Source of the DNA: a virus
Reading direction: 5' to 3' (one strand)
DNA length: 64,000 nucleotides
Virus record (IMG/VR): IMGVR_UViG_3300030098_004409
Span: 32,001 to 96,000 of that record
In this document: in pieces, positions 49,901-60,400 of the stretch
How positions within the stretch are numbered: the first letter of the stretch is position 1
How the letters are laid out: each line of letters opens with the position of its first letter
Position numbers and translations under genes: made by a program
Notes under the pieces: generated by a model
What the model was told of the DNA's origin: nothing
Database searches by the model: none
Seen by the model: only the letters and a program-made list of their open reading frames with translations

Positions 49901-52900
49901 GAATATCATCTCTAGTAAATACATACTCTCCAATCCAGCCCTCGTTTTCAAGACTGCTTGATACATACTTTGCTCCACGGAACAACGAGCCAGAATCCTG
50001 AAGGCCGTCTTTATATAAAGGTGGGCTATCATTATCAGCATTAGTACTTGAGTTTGGGCCAAATGTTATTTTCGATGTGCTGATATTGCCCCCAACTTGA
50101 TTTATCGTATTTCTTGGGTCATCAGTATATAGCACCAAAGAGGGAAACACGGCAGCTGGAGAATTAGTTCCTACTGTAGTCGAGTTAGTGTCAACAGCAA
50201 CCTTTATTTTTAACCCTGTAATAATCCGCATTGAATTATTATCCTTGGGCAATGTTTCTATATTGTAGAAAGCACAAAATCCCGAATGCTGATCGTTGAT
50301 ATCGAATATGTTTGCTGGGTAGTTTATGCCAGTGTCTCCCGAATACCGATACATGCTGTTAAGATCAAAGGAATTCTTGGGATTAAAGGTTTCTAAAAAT
50401 GAAAAATATGGAACAGACTCTGATGTCCTTGCTTGTTCAAGATAAGTAGGTAGGATAGAGCGTCCGGAGTCGGAAAATATAGCAGTTTGGTGTGGTGTCA
50501 TTAACACTATTTTTCCATTTAATATGTCATACATATTAGACATAAAATAAGGAATTGTGGTGCTTTTGTGTGTGCCGCCAGAAAAAGTTATTGCCCCTTC
50601 TTTAAATCCATCAAGGGTTCGATTGGTGGAATCAACAACTGCTGGAGTTATCTTTTGTAAAAACCTTGAGACGCCGTTAGGTTTTACCTCGTATACATAA
50701 AGACGATGAGCCAAGGTAGGAGTATCACCTATTGAAGCATAGCCAAACTCGTTAGTATAAGAAGGCGCATTAGCAATGAGGAGTCCCTCATCGTACCTAA
50801 ATGAATAACCAAATGACTGCTTTAGAAGTTCGTCGCCCTGAAGATGTTTGCTCGCTATTGACTCCTGATCATTAAGATTTTGAAGCTGCTTATCAATACT
50901 ATACGCTGTAGCTGGGGCCTCCAAGCTCTTAGTTCCATATATAGGACATTTTATCATGTCTGACTGTGGATGAATAGTCCCTACTGTAAACTTTGTTGTG
51001 ATAGACTGCGTACGTGTTGTTCCGCGCTCATCTCCCAATATAAACCAGTCGGCATTGCCCTGCCCTATATCAGTTGATGGCAAAGTAATCTTTTCATGAA
51101 GGGTCCAAGTTCTAATTTCACTATCTTCATTGTAGTCACTGGGACGATATGTATAATATACCCAACCTTCTATAGCGTATTTATACGTTGGGTAGCTGTT
51201 TTTGGATTCAGGCTCCCCAAAGTGATACTCGTCCGTCATTAGTTTTTCCTCATCGGAGAAGTGATGATAGTCATCAACATTTTCCCCGATAGCAGGAGTA
51301 TTAAATCGTGACAACTGAGATAACGGATTTATTGGTGTGCCGCCCCTAAATCTACGTAAGTCTATCTTTGTTCTATGAGCAGTAACTGGAGGTTTTGTGT
51401 TTTTATAATAAAGATCTATCTTTTCACCCTGATTAAAGACCTTGATGTTACCTTCATCAGTTCCCACCAAAAGCATATTATCTTTAAATATCATAGCGGG
51501 AGGATTACCATACCAGTCGGTATAATCTTCATCGACATTCATGAAAGCTCTTGTAGCAATAGTCTCATTTGCTTTGATGTAATGATCTAATTCTTGAGGA
51601 TTTCCTCCAGTATTAGGGTTGCATATAAATATAGACCCCTTTGCAAAACGAGAACCCAATTCATTATCGTCAGAACAAAAGTCTCGTATAAAATCGTTCG
51701 ACTTAGTATGCCTATCTATAAAAGCCTGCGTAAAAGGGTCTTCGTAATCTTTTTTCTTTTTGTATGCATTAAGTGTAGTCTGCAAATACTGCAGCTGTCT
51801 ATCCACAGAAATACTAATTGAGGCAGAATATGGAAAGGTTGTATTTGAAATAGCAATAATAGGCTTTTCACCATTGGTCACATCATCAACCTTCATGCAC
51901 AAATTAAATCCGAAACCATCAGAAAATTTATAGCCATTAGTCATCCACCTAGCTTTTACTGTAGATGTTATTGGATATAGAGTATCCTTGTCTATGCCTT
52001 CAAGTTCTTCCCTATACTGACTGATTGAAGCGTTTCTGCCGTCACTATAAACTCCATTATTGTACCTATAATAAGGGAAAACTTTTTTGATGAAGAAGTC
52101 ATCTGTTTGACGTTGATCAGAGCCTGACTGTTTAAAAGACGATTTTCTATTACCCAAGAAGGTGGGGGTCATGCCTTTTACTACTGGTGTGGTATCCATA
52201 AAAACCATACCGCTTGTATGTCCTGCCTTGTCACCTACGATTCTATAATTTTGCACATTTGGAAATTTTCTCTCTTCATTGTCAAAGTTAGAAATAGTCC
52301 GTTTGCCCCGGTTTTTATAAACTATATCTGACACCAAGCCACCAGAAGATTTTTCTAATAGATGCTTGCTATCTCTTGCAGTAAATAAATCTCCTATATC
52401 TCCTTCTGAGATAAAATTGGATATCATCGCCCTGTGCCAATACAAGTTTCTGTAGTCTGTAAATTCAGAAAACTCAACTCCACCATCTAGAAAGGGTGGA
52501 GCTTTTATATATGGATTATACGTAGAAGCGTTTATTTCCTCTGCCTCGTTAATCGTGTGTATGCTGCCATCCGAAATATCTATTTTATAAAGCCAAACCC
52601 TACCATATGGCTCGTGCTTGGGGAATTTCATTTTATGTCCCCATTCAGGAATCCTAAGATGCTCTGAAGACTCATTTGAAGAAATTGGATCAAACTGTGA
52701 TTTGTGATATTCTTGATCGTAATTTATGCCATACTCGGAAGAATAGGTATTTCCCATCTCTCCAACCGCAAGCCAATAATAGTCTGTGCCGGGTTGTTTG
52801 ATGATGTCTAAAGACTGCCCAAACCGATATGCTTCGGGCAACAATTCTAAAGCGTCATAATTATCGTAGTCTCCTGTCGTTTTTTTGGGGGTCTCTCCAG

Positions 52901-54398
52901 CGATAATATACGAACCTTTGTCAGTATCCCCAGATCCATTGAGGCCGTTGGGGGAAAATAGAGTTGTCTTATATCTCCATGCCCCATTTGACTGCTGAGT
53001 ACCTTCGTGGTATGCCCAAGAAATTGAAGTTAAATCCCGCAAACCAGAAGTCGTTGTTGGTTGTGAAAAGTCCTTATCGTCATACAAAAGGTATTCTGTG
53101 TCAACAGCGGTTCTCTTTACATACTTGACTCCATTAATTGGATGGATTGTATCTTTACCAACATCACCAAGAGCCGAAACTATCTTAATTTTATCGCCAT
53201 TACACAACAACTTTGTATCGTGTGTACCGTCTCCAGAAGGTCCAGTGATGGTTATTTTATTTCCATCTACTGCAGTAATACCGCCTTTTCTTCTTTCATA
53301 GACATCAACTCTACCGCATCTATTTACAACACCCTTCTTGTAAAAGAAAGAACCGTCTTTAATTTTATCTGAAATATCTACCAGCATCTGGTATTTTTCA
53401 GGAACCTGAGTGGTTCCTTCTCTCATGATATACTTTATTGTCGTGCCGCTGCGACCGTTGTAAAGAGCGTGTAATTGCTGCTTTGTTATTTTGTCCTTAT
53501 TTTCGCTTGGTAAAGGATAAGCGAATCCGGTTTTATATTTAGGATTATTATAAATAGCTTCGTTATATGTCCATCTACCATCAATAGGGGCTTGTGCATT
53601 TATGTGATAAACAAACGGTCTAGCGAAAGACCAACTAAGGCCACCAAAGTCTTCCATTACAGCCCTATTAATGTCTCCATCAAAAGAAATCTCTTTTTCT
53701 CCGAGGAGCCAGTTGTCTTCATCGGGAGTGTCAGGTAATAAGTCCGCAAGCTCACTGAGGTCAATTCTGAATCTATAACCAATGTTTTTACCTGCGTTGC
53801 TTGGGCTTGACTCAATATCATGCCGATTTGAAACGGAAGCATCAGGGTCAAGTTGCCTACCCAAGAGTTGAGTAGGGCTTGTTGCTAGTGTGCCAATCTG
53901 TGGAAAAAATATTGCTGTAGTGAGCTCAGCGTCGCTTACAGAAAAGTCATGAAAAGATTCAACGCTCGTGTCTATTACTAGGTAAGCCTCTGTAATGGCT
54001 TCATTAGCAAGATAGACTTCTTGGGAATGATTGCGGTATGAGACGAGAGCAATATCATCGAGTATTTTAATATCGCTAGGGTTCATAGCGTCTTTTTTGC
54101 GATCTACTATCACCTGAGTGTAGTCTATGTTGTTTGGGTTGCTCTGGCCCTCCGGATACTTTGGTCCCCAGAGACCATAAATAGATTCTGTTCCAGATAG
54201 ATAAGGGCTATACCCAAAAGCATTTACATTTGGTGTTTGATTAAGAGTTGTTGCGCGATCATTGAAGTTCGTGAACTGATTAATTCCTCCGGGAGCTTGC
54301 ATGAAAAGATCAGACGCAGCGTTCCTTTGAAATGTACCATCAGTCCCCGTCTGGTCATTCTGTATATGTAATGATTTCTTTGTGTTGAATTCTCTCAT
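45972..54398 (-). CDS. Giant virion protein (2808 aa) with FG-GAP-like beta-propeller blades and Ser-Gly repeat tracts
   Basis: Blade motifs FGQSLDI, FGYSF, FGAKIKI..DLAFVASP, FGYDID, GRVDVY, GRVWLY, GAVHIF; two tracts of roughly 14-aa SG-containing repeats. Confidence 0.6.
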   Translation of the reverse strand: MREFNTKKSLHIQNDQTGTDGTFQRNAASDLFMQAPGGINQFTNFNDRATTLNQTPNVNAFGYSPYLSGTESIYGLWGPKYPEGQSNPNNIDYTQVIVDRKKDAMNPSDIKILDDIALVSYRNHSQEVYLANEAITEAYLVIDTSVESFHDFSVSDAELTTAIFFPQIGTLATSPTQLLGRQLDPDASVSNRHDIESSPSNAGKNIGYRFRIDLSELADLLPDTPDEDNWLLGEKEISFDGDINRAVMEDFGGLSWSFARPFVYHINAQAPIDGRWTYNEAIYNNPKYKTGFAYPLPSENKDKITKQQLHALYNGRSGTTIKYIMREGTTQVPEKYQMLVDISDKIKDGSFFYKKGVVNRCGRVDVYERRKGGITAVDGNKITITGPSGDGTHDTKLLCNGDKIKIVSALGDVGKDTIHPINGVKYVKRTAVDTEYLLYDDKDFSQPTTTSGLRDLTSISWAYHEGTQQSNGAWRYKTTLFSPNGLNGSGDTDKGSYIIAGETPKKTTGDYDNYDALELLPEAYRFGQSLDIIKQPGTDYYWLAVGEMGNTYSSEYGINYDQEYHKSQFDPISSNESSEHLRIPEWGHKMKFPKHEPYGRVWLYKIDISDGSIHTINEAEEINASTYNPYIKAPPFLDGGVEFSEFTDYRNLYWHRAMISNFISEGDIGDLFTARDSKHLLEKSSGGLVSDIVYKNRGKRTISNFDNEERKFPNVQNYRIVGDKAGHTSGMVFMDTTPVVKGMTPTFLGNRKSSFKQSGSDQRQTDDFFIKKVFPYYRYNNGVYSDGRNASISQYREELEGIDKDTLYPITSTVKARWMTNGYKFSDGFGFNLCMKVDDVTNGEKPIIAISNTTFPYSASISISVDRQLQYLQTTLNAYKKKKDYEDPFTQAFIDRHTKSNDFIRDFCSDDNELGSRFAKGSIFICNPNTGGNPQELDHYIKANETIATRAFMNVDEDYTDWYGNPPAMIFKDNMLLVGTDEGNIKVFNQGEKIDLYYKNTKPPVTAHRTKIDLRRFRGGTPINPLSQLSRFNTPAIGENVDDYHHFSDEEKLMTDEYHFGEPESKNSYPTYKYAIEGWVYYTYRPSDYNEDSEIRTWTLHEKITLPSTDIGQGNADWFILGDERGTTRTQSITTKFTVGTIHPQSDMIKCPIYGTKSLEAPATAYSIDKQLQNLNDQESIASKHLQGDELLKQSFGYSFRYDEGLLIANAPSYTNEFGYASIGDTPTLAHRLYVYEVKPNGVSRFLQKITPAVVDSTNRTLDGFKEGAITFSGGTHKSTTIPYFMSNMYDILNGKIVLMTPHQTAIFSDSGRSILPTYLEQARTSESVPYFSFLETFNPKNSFDLNSMYRYSGDTGINYPANIFDINDQHSGFCAFYNIETLPKDNNSMRIITGLKIKVAVDTNSTTVGTNSPAAVFPSLVLYTDDPRNTINQVGGNISTSKITFGPNSSTNADNDSPPLYKDGLQDSGSLFRGAKYVSSSLENEGWIGEYVFTRDDILEFINDSTFIKDSSSNRTIRNSDGKGSKVGSYVFAFDDKNQPAFDSTVTPESTLILGLVSHNLWRTPWKEDGEYITEDDRKSLNYIPYSKAYTPEINDHSFINKAKVLSVEVSYRDIEIAKVRKFDCKVIDDSHTDETDSIIRLGRSNTPAFYDDAGEIYAGTHSSSIQILKAGNGSATRTVSDFIANDMQNPEFLSLSILSLPQSSGKLTSNVIGSAPASGLMPMHISGVAPARGDTSLYIGPLESKQFLGVVLPSPFDFKCSTTSLFMPTPLGDFVSSTADLVFAGGSGVSNTTSLFTGAAAVSGVMNLGIGQSAPSSGNMNIAVSGVHGAYNSIPCMQGNLYMNSTHVDNSDMTIQMGRITTTAEETLFIGSPDPASGILGLNINTAPTNSGLDLYNKGYDLSSTTANLYIGEQSSEGSTTLFLMQPHRLPFEDPQSPPVLEEGDEIQIPPLYISGAAIPSANSLDNNYEHQKQIRYADKLFDKSPRAESLVSYTESNSISRNALDAGNTNDYGIKRISNVGARLSEYTGVGSFDFYENELSRESIDSNGSLLAIGANANVLVSQPKLDIFNILDSESVELHQTYTHFNKDLRSLGIITENQSVSLYFKDVKVSDKNKIAVSARVSVDASISDMIFILEDTSIEEVKTRINEIKECTLVKPPRFSSEIVTEERWGIVAAFTSNSWQNSDNNNIIINKFMGTSIEWKGEDLYYDKQSAQFASVYTRYESDNYASEERTISVFSISDMNGYVSNINNIPEGTKLAFGAKIKIVGDLAFVASPLLDPYIANNNLSGINAASPDGAVHIFKDDSGWSYVDSVYSGGYTTSTIGGLDSCAYDAKLFGYDIDYNQGSSLLAISEPISNTVYQFSVNDAGVPSLLNSYTNSDSRYGTFVNSSSRSLITNGSSSINDAVYNESISFNSSELTSEIQGYISQEEAISSVAHDVVLARSIDMKGTEALLAVRDFVVSYGAGKTLEVQKISLFKLKDINGTLFIAGPLNSTATTTLVTEPIGAASGDLGITFAAYGTGNITSLYMKTPEPASGAPTLHMRGPIFGAPTLFLDADMKPTSGISPLTTFGPSGISTDASLSISAHRSSTLESSLHALGGAVEGMVTTGAFGLRVGQRDVFNASGTQDFLMTGNVNANPVTGVSLYMGAGDFGPSSGVSPLRLEGPEKLEASGTTFMRLQVDPASGPSEAGLPLFMKNTQAEQDRNVNKGWGIESSDMSLSLMSHSLGSGNLDLLVYRRGVGGGFELESDTSLYIKNIMDSGNANVYISGAAIASQTATLVIPSGIGDGSGNLNMITFGY
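48520..49300 (-). repeat. Internal protein-level tract of roughly 14-aa SG repeats
   Basis: SSGKLTS, PASGLMPM, ISGV, GSGV, VSGVMNL, PSSGNMNI, VSGV, PASGILGL, NSGLDL, ISGA. Confidence 0.65.
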
Positions 54399-54404
54399 AC
54401 TCGC

Positions 54405-57400
54405 CTATGTTCTTCTATCTTGTCTGTCTCGGAAGTTCTGGAACATTTGTTTTAGTTTTCCTGTAGACTGCTGTGCTACCTGATCTGCTATTGTATTCAC
54501 AATACTGTTAATAGCTTCTTGCGAGAAGCCGGGTATAGACAACTGTCCGTTAACTGTAATATTGTGATTAATTGATATATTGCTCATCTGTGCTATTGTA
54601 GAACTGAGCAGCTCAGAAAGCGCACTAAATCCATTAAAAGCAGCAGTAAATCCATCAAAAGCTGTTGCGATGCTAGAGCTAAGTGTATTAATTGAATTGC
54701 TTAAGGCGCTGAAGTCAAGACCGCCCGAACCAGATGCTAGGTCTCCATTTGTTAAGTATTGTACTCCCCCGCCATGCTTCATTCCGGGAGCGCCTTTATG
54801 ACCTTTATTGATAGATCTCATAAACCCTACACCGTATTTGTCTACAGCAGATTTGCTCATCACAAACTCGCCCGGAGTCAACATAGCTGGCACTGTATCA
54901 GTCCCCTTAGCCATACCACCCTTGGCGAAGTAACTAGCACCGAATGAACCAAAATCATTAGGCAAAGCTCCAGTAGCGTAGGTGTCTTGTATCATTTTTA
55001 GCACTTCATTCGGGTATCCAGTCTTCCATCCTGCAGCGACTCTTTCTCTTACAAATGCTCCCATTTGCTCAACAGGATTCCATGCTCCAGATTTAATCCT
55101 ATCAACCAAAAAGGCTGCTGCCTGCTGCGCTAACCCACCACTAAAAGTGAAAGAGCCTAACTCGCCAAGTGCCATACCAGCGCGCCTAACTGCACCATCA
55201 AATCCCGGAAGCTTTCTCTGTTGAGCATACCTACTCCATAGCGCTGCAAACATAGGACCTGTAGCATTAGCTAAAGACATCGTGTCGGAGCCTGCAACAG
55301 GAATCGCGCCGGGAGCTCCGATCGCGCCACCGGGATTTGCTACAACATCTGTAAACAAGAATGGTCCCGACATGCCAAATCTTGGAAGCCCAGCAAAATA
55401 CCCACCAAAGTCAAGGTTTTTTACATCTGAATCCCTAGTCAGCGAAAAGGCGTAAAAGTATCCATCTGACCGACTTGCGTCTTTAGCGTATAAACCATTT
55501 TCGTTATTTCCAACGCCGGTATATTTATACGTGCCATGATTAGGATCAAATCCACTTGCAAAAGGAAGTCGATTCCAAACACCTCTTCCATGTTCGTTAA
55601 TATTCATCATATATGATTTAACTATATCAGCACCAAAAAGTGGTGTGTTGCCTTTGGAAAATTGGCCTATCCATTTGGCTGCGATTGCGGGGTCTTCTTT
55701 TTCCATGTCGTTTGTAGTCCAGAACATTGGATCTATTACTGGACCTCCCTCAGCAAACATCTGGGGAACTGCTCCGCTATTTATTGCGCTCATGAATGAT
55801 TTACCGTATTTGCCTACGGCAGATTTTTTCATAACAAATTCGCCGGGAGTTAGCATCGCTGGAACAGTATCTTTATTACCAGCGCCCGGAACAGAACCAC
55901 CAGTAGCAAACTTAAATCCTCCACCTAGAACTCCGTTAGCATTTAGGCTATTCATCAAAGCGTCCATTCTTATATCGAAGCGTTGAGCTAATCCAAATGT
56001 CACTCCCTGATGCTGAACCCAAGCGTTGTTAATCCACCCTATAATCTGATTCAATACACCTTGTGCTGCAACTAGAGCGATGGACAAAGCTTGCATGTCA
56101 CCTACTAACTGATTTCCTATTGGGGTCATTACCTCAAGATCTGCTTCTAGTGAAGCTGCTTCACCGCTGGTAAGCATGCTAGAGGCCATATTACCTATGT
56201 CGTCATTGTTATCTTGAATAACAACAGAATTAGCTTGTGCTTGCTGAAGTATCGCTTTGACTGTTGATTGGTCCGCCAACAGTTCGTTGTTGGCTGTATT
56301 TGCCTGAATATTCGATGTATTATCTGTAATATGTGTCAGAGATTTTTCTACGCCCTTTATATCCGCTGAATTTAATTTTACTGTATTAAGAATTTTATCT
56401 AATCTCATATCACGAGCAGGGCCGAACTGAGATACTGCACGACCTCCAGTAGAGAAGTAAGGCCCTGTGTTGCCGAGCCCTCCACCGTTAATACTAGCCA
56501 TGAAGCCTAAGCCATATTTGTCTACGGCAGATTTCTGCATAACGAACTCGCCCGGTGTGAGCATTGCTGGAACCGTGTCTGTACCCTTGGGGCTCCAGTC
56601 AACACCGCCAATTGGACCACCCTTTGCTTTCATTTGAGGCTTGGGAGCTACACCAAAGCCCATGTCAGGAAGCGCGAATGGTTGATTTGCTCCGGCGGCA
56701 TTTTGAGGCGGCAACCCTACTTTTAGCCATTGTGGTATCTGCCCGAGTTCCTTACTAAACCAATCACTCCAAGGTCGTGATGGGTTCGCTATGTCTGCAT
56801 CTATGATGGCGTCGCGAGCACTGTTTTGCATTCTGGTTAGATGATCATCAATTGGTTTAAAACCAAAGAATAACCCTAACATGAATTCATCAAACCTTTC
56901 GCCAATATTCTCCCAAGTTGGATAGTGGTCAGTTGTCCATTCCTTCATTTGAGCTAATGCTTTTGCGTTCATCGTCAACAGGCCGGCTGCTCCTCCTGCA
57001 GGTATACCTGCGCCGGGCTTCAAAAGTTTACCCTTAAGACTCATTTGGCTAAATGACAAACTCCCATCAGCATTTGCTGCTGTTACATGACCTGACGCCC
57101 CCATTCCCAAAACAGTCTGCCCCAAAGCAGCAAAATATGGGAATAGACCATCAAAATGTTCCGCGTTTCTTTTTACGTCTGAAAGCCACCTTACGGTTCG
57201 GTTGTCTTCAATTCTAGGGTCGAATACACCCTCTTTTCCAAATAACTGATGATCTTGAGGTATTCGTGCTATGCCAATTAGAGGTGGCTCAGGAGATTCG
57301 CCCAGAACACGGAAAAGTGTTGATGCTTTCTGTTCTGGAGTACCGTATCCAATTTTAAAGTTTCTTCTTAAGGCCGCTACTACACCTGCTTCTTGGGCTG

Positions 57401-60400
57401 CATCTCCAGCTGCTTCGTCCGCTGCAGCTTGTTCCGCTTCATTTTTGATGGCCCCTAGATTGTCCCCGCCTAATTTAAACTTAGCATTTCCCCTCCCGAA
57501 AACGTTAATTTCAATAGCATCAAGCAAATTCGCCACGGCCTCAGCATCTCCTCCTCTTAATGCATTAGCAAGTGCTACAAACTGACCTTTAGTATCGTTT
57601 ACGATTTTCTGCCCGGATGCGTTCTTAGCAATTAGATCTCTTGAGAAGTCTTTTCCCAAAACAGAACTGCCTTTCCAAGGTATATATCCCAATGCGCCAA
57701 AGAAGGACTCATTAATTTTTTCGACCAGATCACCTACTGGTCCAACTCTCCACTCACTTTTGAGGCTGGAATACGGGTACTTCAGGGTCTTATCTATTGC
57801 GTCTCTTGAAGTGACACCCGGACCGACTGACCATTTAGACCATGAAGAGTTAGTAATAAGATCTGCCATCTTTTCAACCGTTCCATCCAGCTTCAGTGGG
57901 AAGAACTTAGGGTCTTTAAAAAATTCTGTTATGTTATCAGCGAATGCTTTATTATCATACATGTTGGATTTGACATATTTTCCCCAGTTGCCGTAACTGC
58001 GATCCATTAGCCCAGACGCTGCCTTTTTAAAGTTTTTAGTCATTTCTTTGACATTTACCAAACCTTTTGCTGATGAGAGCATTGGACCATACCAAAGCGC
58101 ATCAGCCTCTTTCCACATTGTATCAATCTCATCAACAAAATTAAAGGATTGCTGGGTTGGACTTTTATAAAAACCATAAGCGTTGTTCATATCCGGATAC
58201 AACATATTATATGCAGATTGTGGCGTATAGAAAGGTTGACCATTTATTATAGTTCCGGGAGGCCATATGGCACCAGTTGTAGTCATCTTTTCCAGATTCA
58301 TTATACCTGTTTTCATAGCCGGTATGTTAGCAAAGAATTCAGATTTATTTGGTATTTCCCCGAGATTGAACTCATCAATGTCAGCCTGTCTCTTGACTAT
58401 AGCACGAAGTGCATTAGCAAACTTTGTGTCAAACAAAGCCACATCAGTACCGGGATCTTGATTAGCAAAAATCCATGCCAGATCTGTTGTAAGCCCTTCC
58501 CCTTGAGCGTAATCATAGATAAGAGCACCTTTCTCTGGAGCACCAATTGCCGATTTGCCTTTATAGCTAGAATCGTAAAAGAATCTGATATAGTTAACCA
58601 GATCCGTTAAGTGCTTTGGATCTTTAACGGATGAGACGCCGGGAAATGTTGTCATCCACTTAACAGAATTGACAGCTCCTGCATACCCATTTTTATTGTT
58701 TGGCGGATTCTTTAAAAGATCATGCACATTATAATAATCGTAAACCGCCTGCAGATGATACTTCCACTTGTCAACATCCCATCCTTTTCTCTGAAGAGCA
58801 CCATCCTTAGATATAGAAAACGGACTTTTGACGATGCTACCGGGTCTATAGTTATTCCATGCCGGAAATTTTTCACCTAACTGACTTCCCGTATCATATT
58901 TTATATATCCAGCCATTCCGCCTCCGCCCATCTCTCCGGGAAGCCAATCGCCAGCATCTTCAACTTTAATGCTTGATCCTGCGTTTAAAAGACTTTTGTG
59001 ATTTTCCTTTAAAGCTTCCTTAAGAGCTATACCGTCATCGCTAAAAGACTTAGATAGCTTATCGACGGCTCCGCTATTGTTGGGAGATGTCACAACTCCA
59101 CCTTTAGCCAAGTATGTAGTTTTTCCACTATTTATAGATTTTAGCAACCCCATATTTTGAGATGTTGCTTTTTTATTAACAACAAACTCTCCCGGCGTCA
59201 ACATAGCAGGAACAGTGTCTGTGCCTTTAGCTTTAAATGCTGTGTTACTTATGCTCTGACCTTCTGCGGCATAAATAATACCCCCTTGAGCTCTTCTTTG
59301 TGGAGGTCTTCCCCCTCCTGCAGCATCGCCGCCAGCATCTCCCGCTGCTATCTGAGCGTCTTCTAGTGTGGCAACCAAATCACCAATTGCGGCTATAAGA
59401 TCCTGCATCTGCTGGAATTCTGCCTGTTGAAGCGCTGTAGCAGCAGCTTGTTCTTCCGCATTAATTGCTCTTAAATCGTTTATAAGCTTGTCTTCTTTTG
59501 TAGTAGACTCAAAAATCTTTTTCAATTCTTGTGGATTTAATCCGAAACCACGAGCTCTAATAGCCAATGCGTTTGCCATCTGAGCTTGTAATCTTTTGGA
59601 TATATCTCCGCCAGTCATTCCCGGACGGAGTTCTATATCTTTAAGTCTATCAAGCAGTCCACCAACAGCACCTCTCATTTGATCTGGAATCGCATTGAGA
59701 TTACCGGTAGCTAAAACTCTTTGCAATGCAACAAAAGTTTTATCCATTTCTAATCTTGATTCATTACTGGCAAAAGTGAACTCTTTGATGAGACCTTGAA
59801 TCGTCTCTCTATTACCTCGCTCTTTTTCGATCTCTCCCATTACGGCGGCAGCTAACTCAGCTTGATTCGCTAAATCAGCCAACCCTTCCTTGAGAAGCTT
59901 CGTCTCGTTGTTCAATTTTTTCTGCTCGTTTTGAAGTTTAATTACTTCTTCGGCCTGACCTCTGTCCGCTTTAATTTTTATTTGGGCGGCTACTTCTTGT
60001 TGGCGCTGTCTCTTTCTTTCTAGCTGTATATTTATTGCCTCAACTCCGCCTCCAACTAGACCTGCTCCTGCCAAAGGTGCATTTCTTCTCTGCTCTGCTG
60101 CTGCACCAACTTCCCCAACTGTTAGTTGTCTACCTTGGGCCTTGGCTAGCCTTTCCGCTCCTTTGATTTGCACATCAACCATTTTGGTGAAAGCTTTAGC
60201 GACCGAATTCTCAGCCTTGATCACAGCGTCACCAAACTTGAAGAGCGCGCCAAGATATGCATTTTGAGCTTTAGCCAAGTCCTGAAGAACCTTAATTTGT
60301 TCTTCATTAGCTTCATTCAGTATCGAAGTTATTTCTTGTATTTCATCTGGAGTCAAGCCATCTTCAAACATGGCTAGTATTTCGTTTCTTATGTCTGCAT

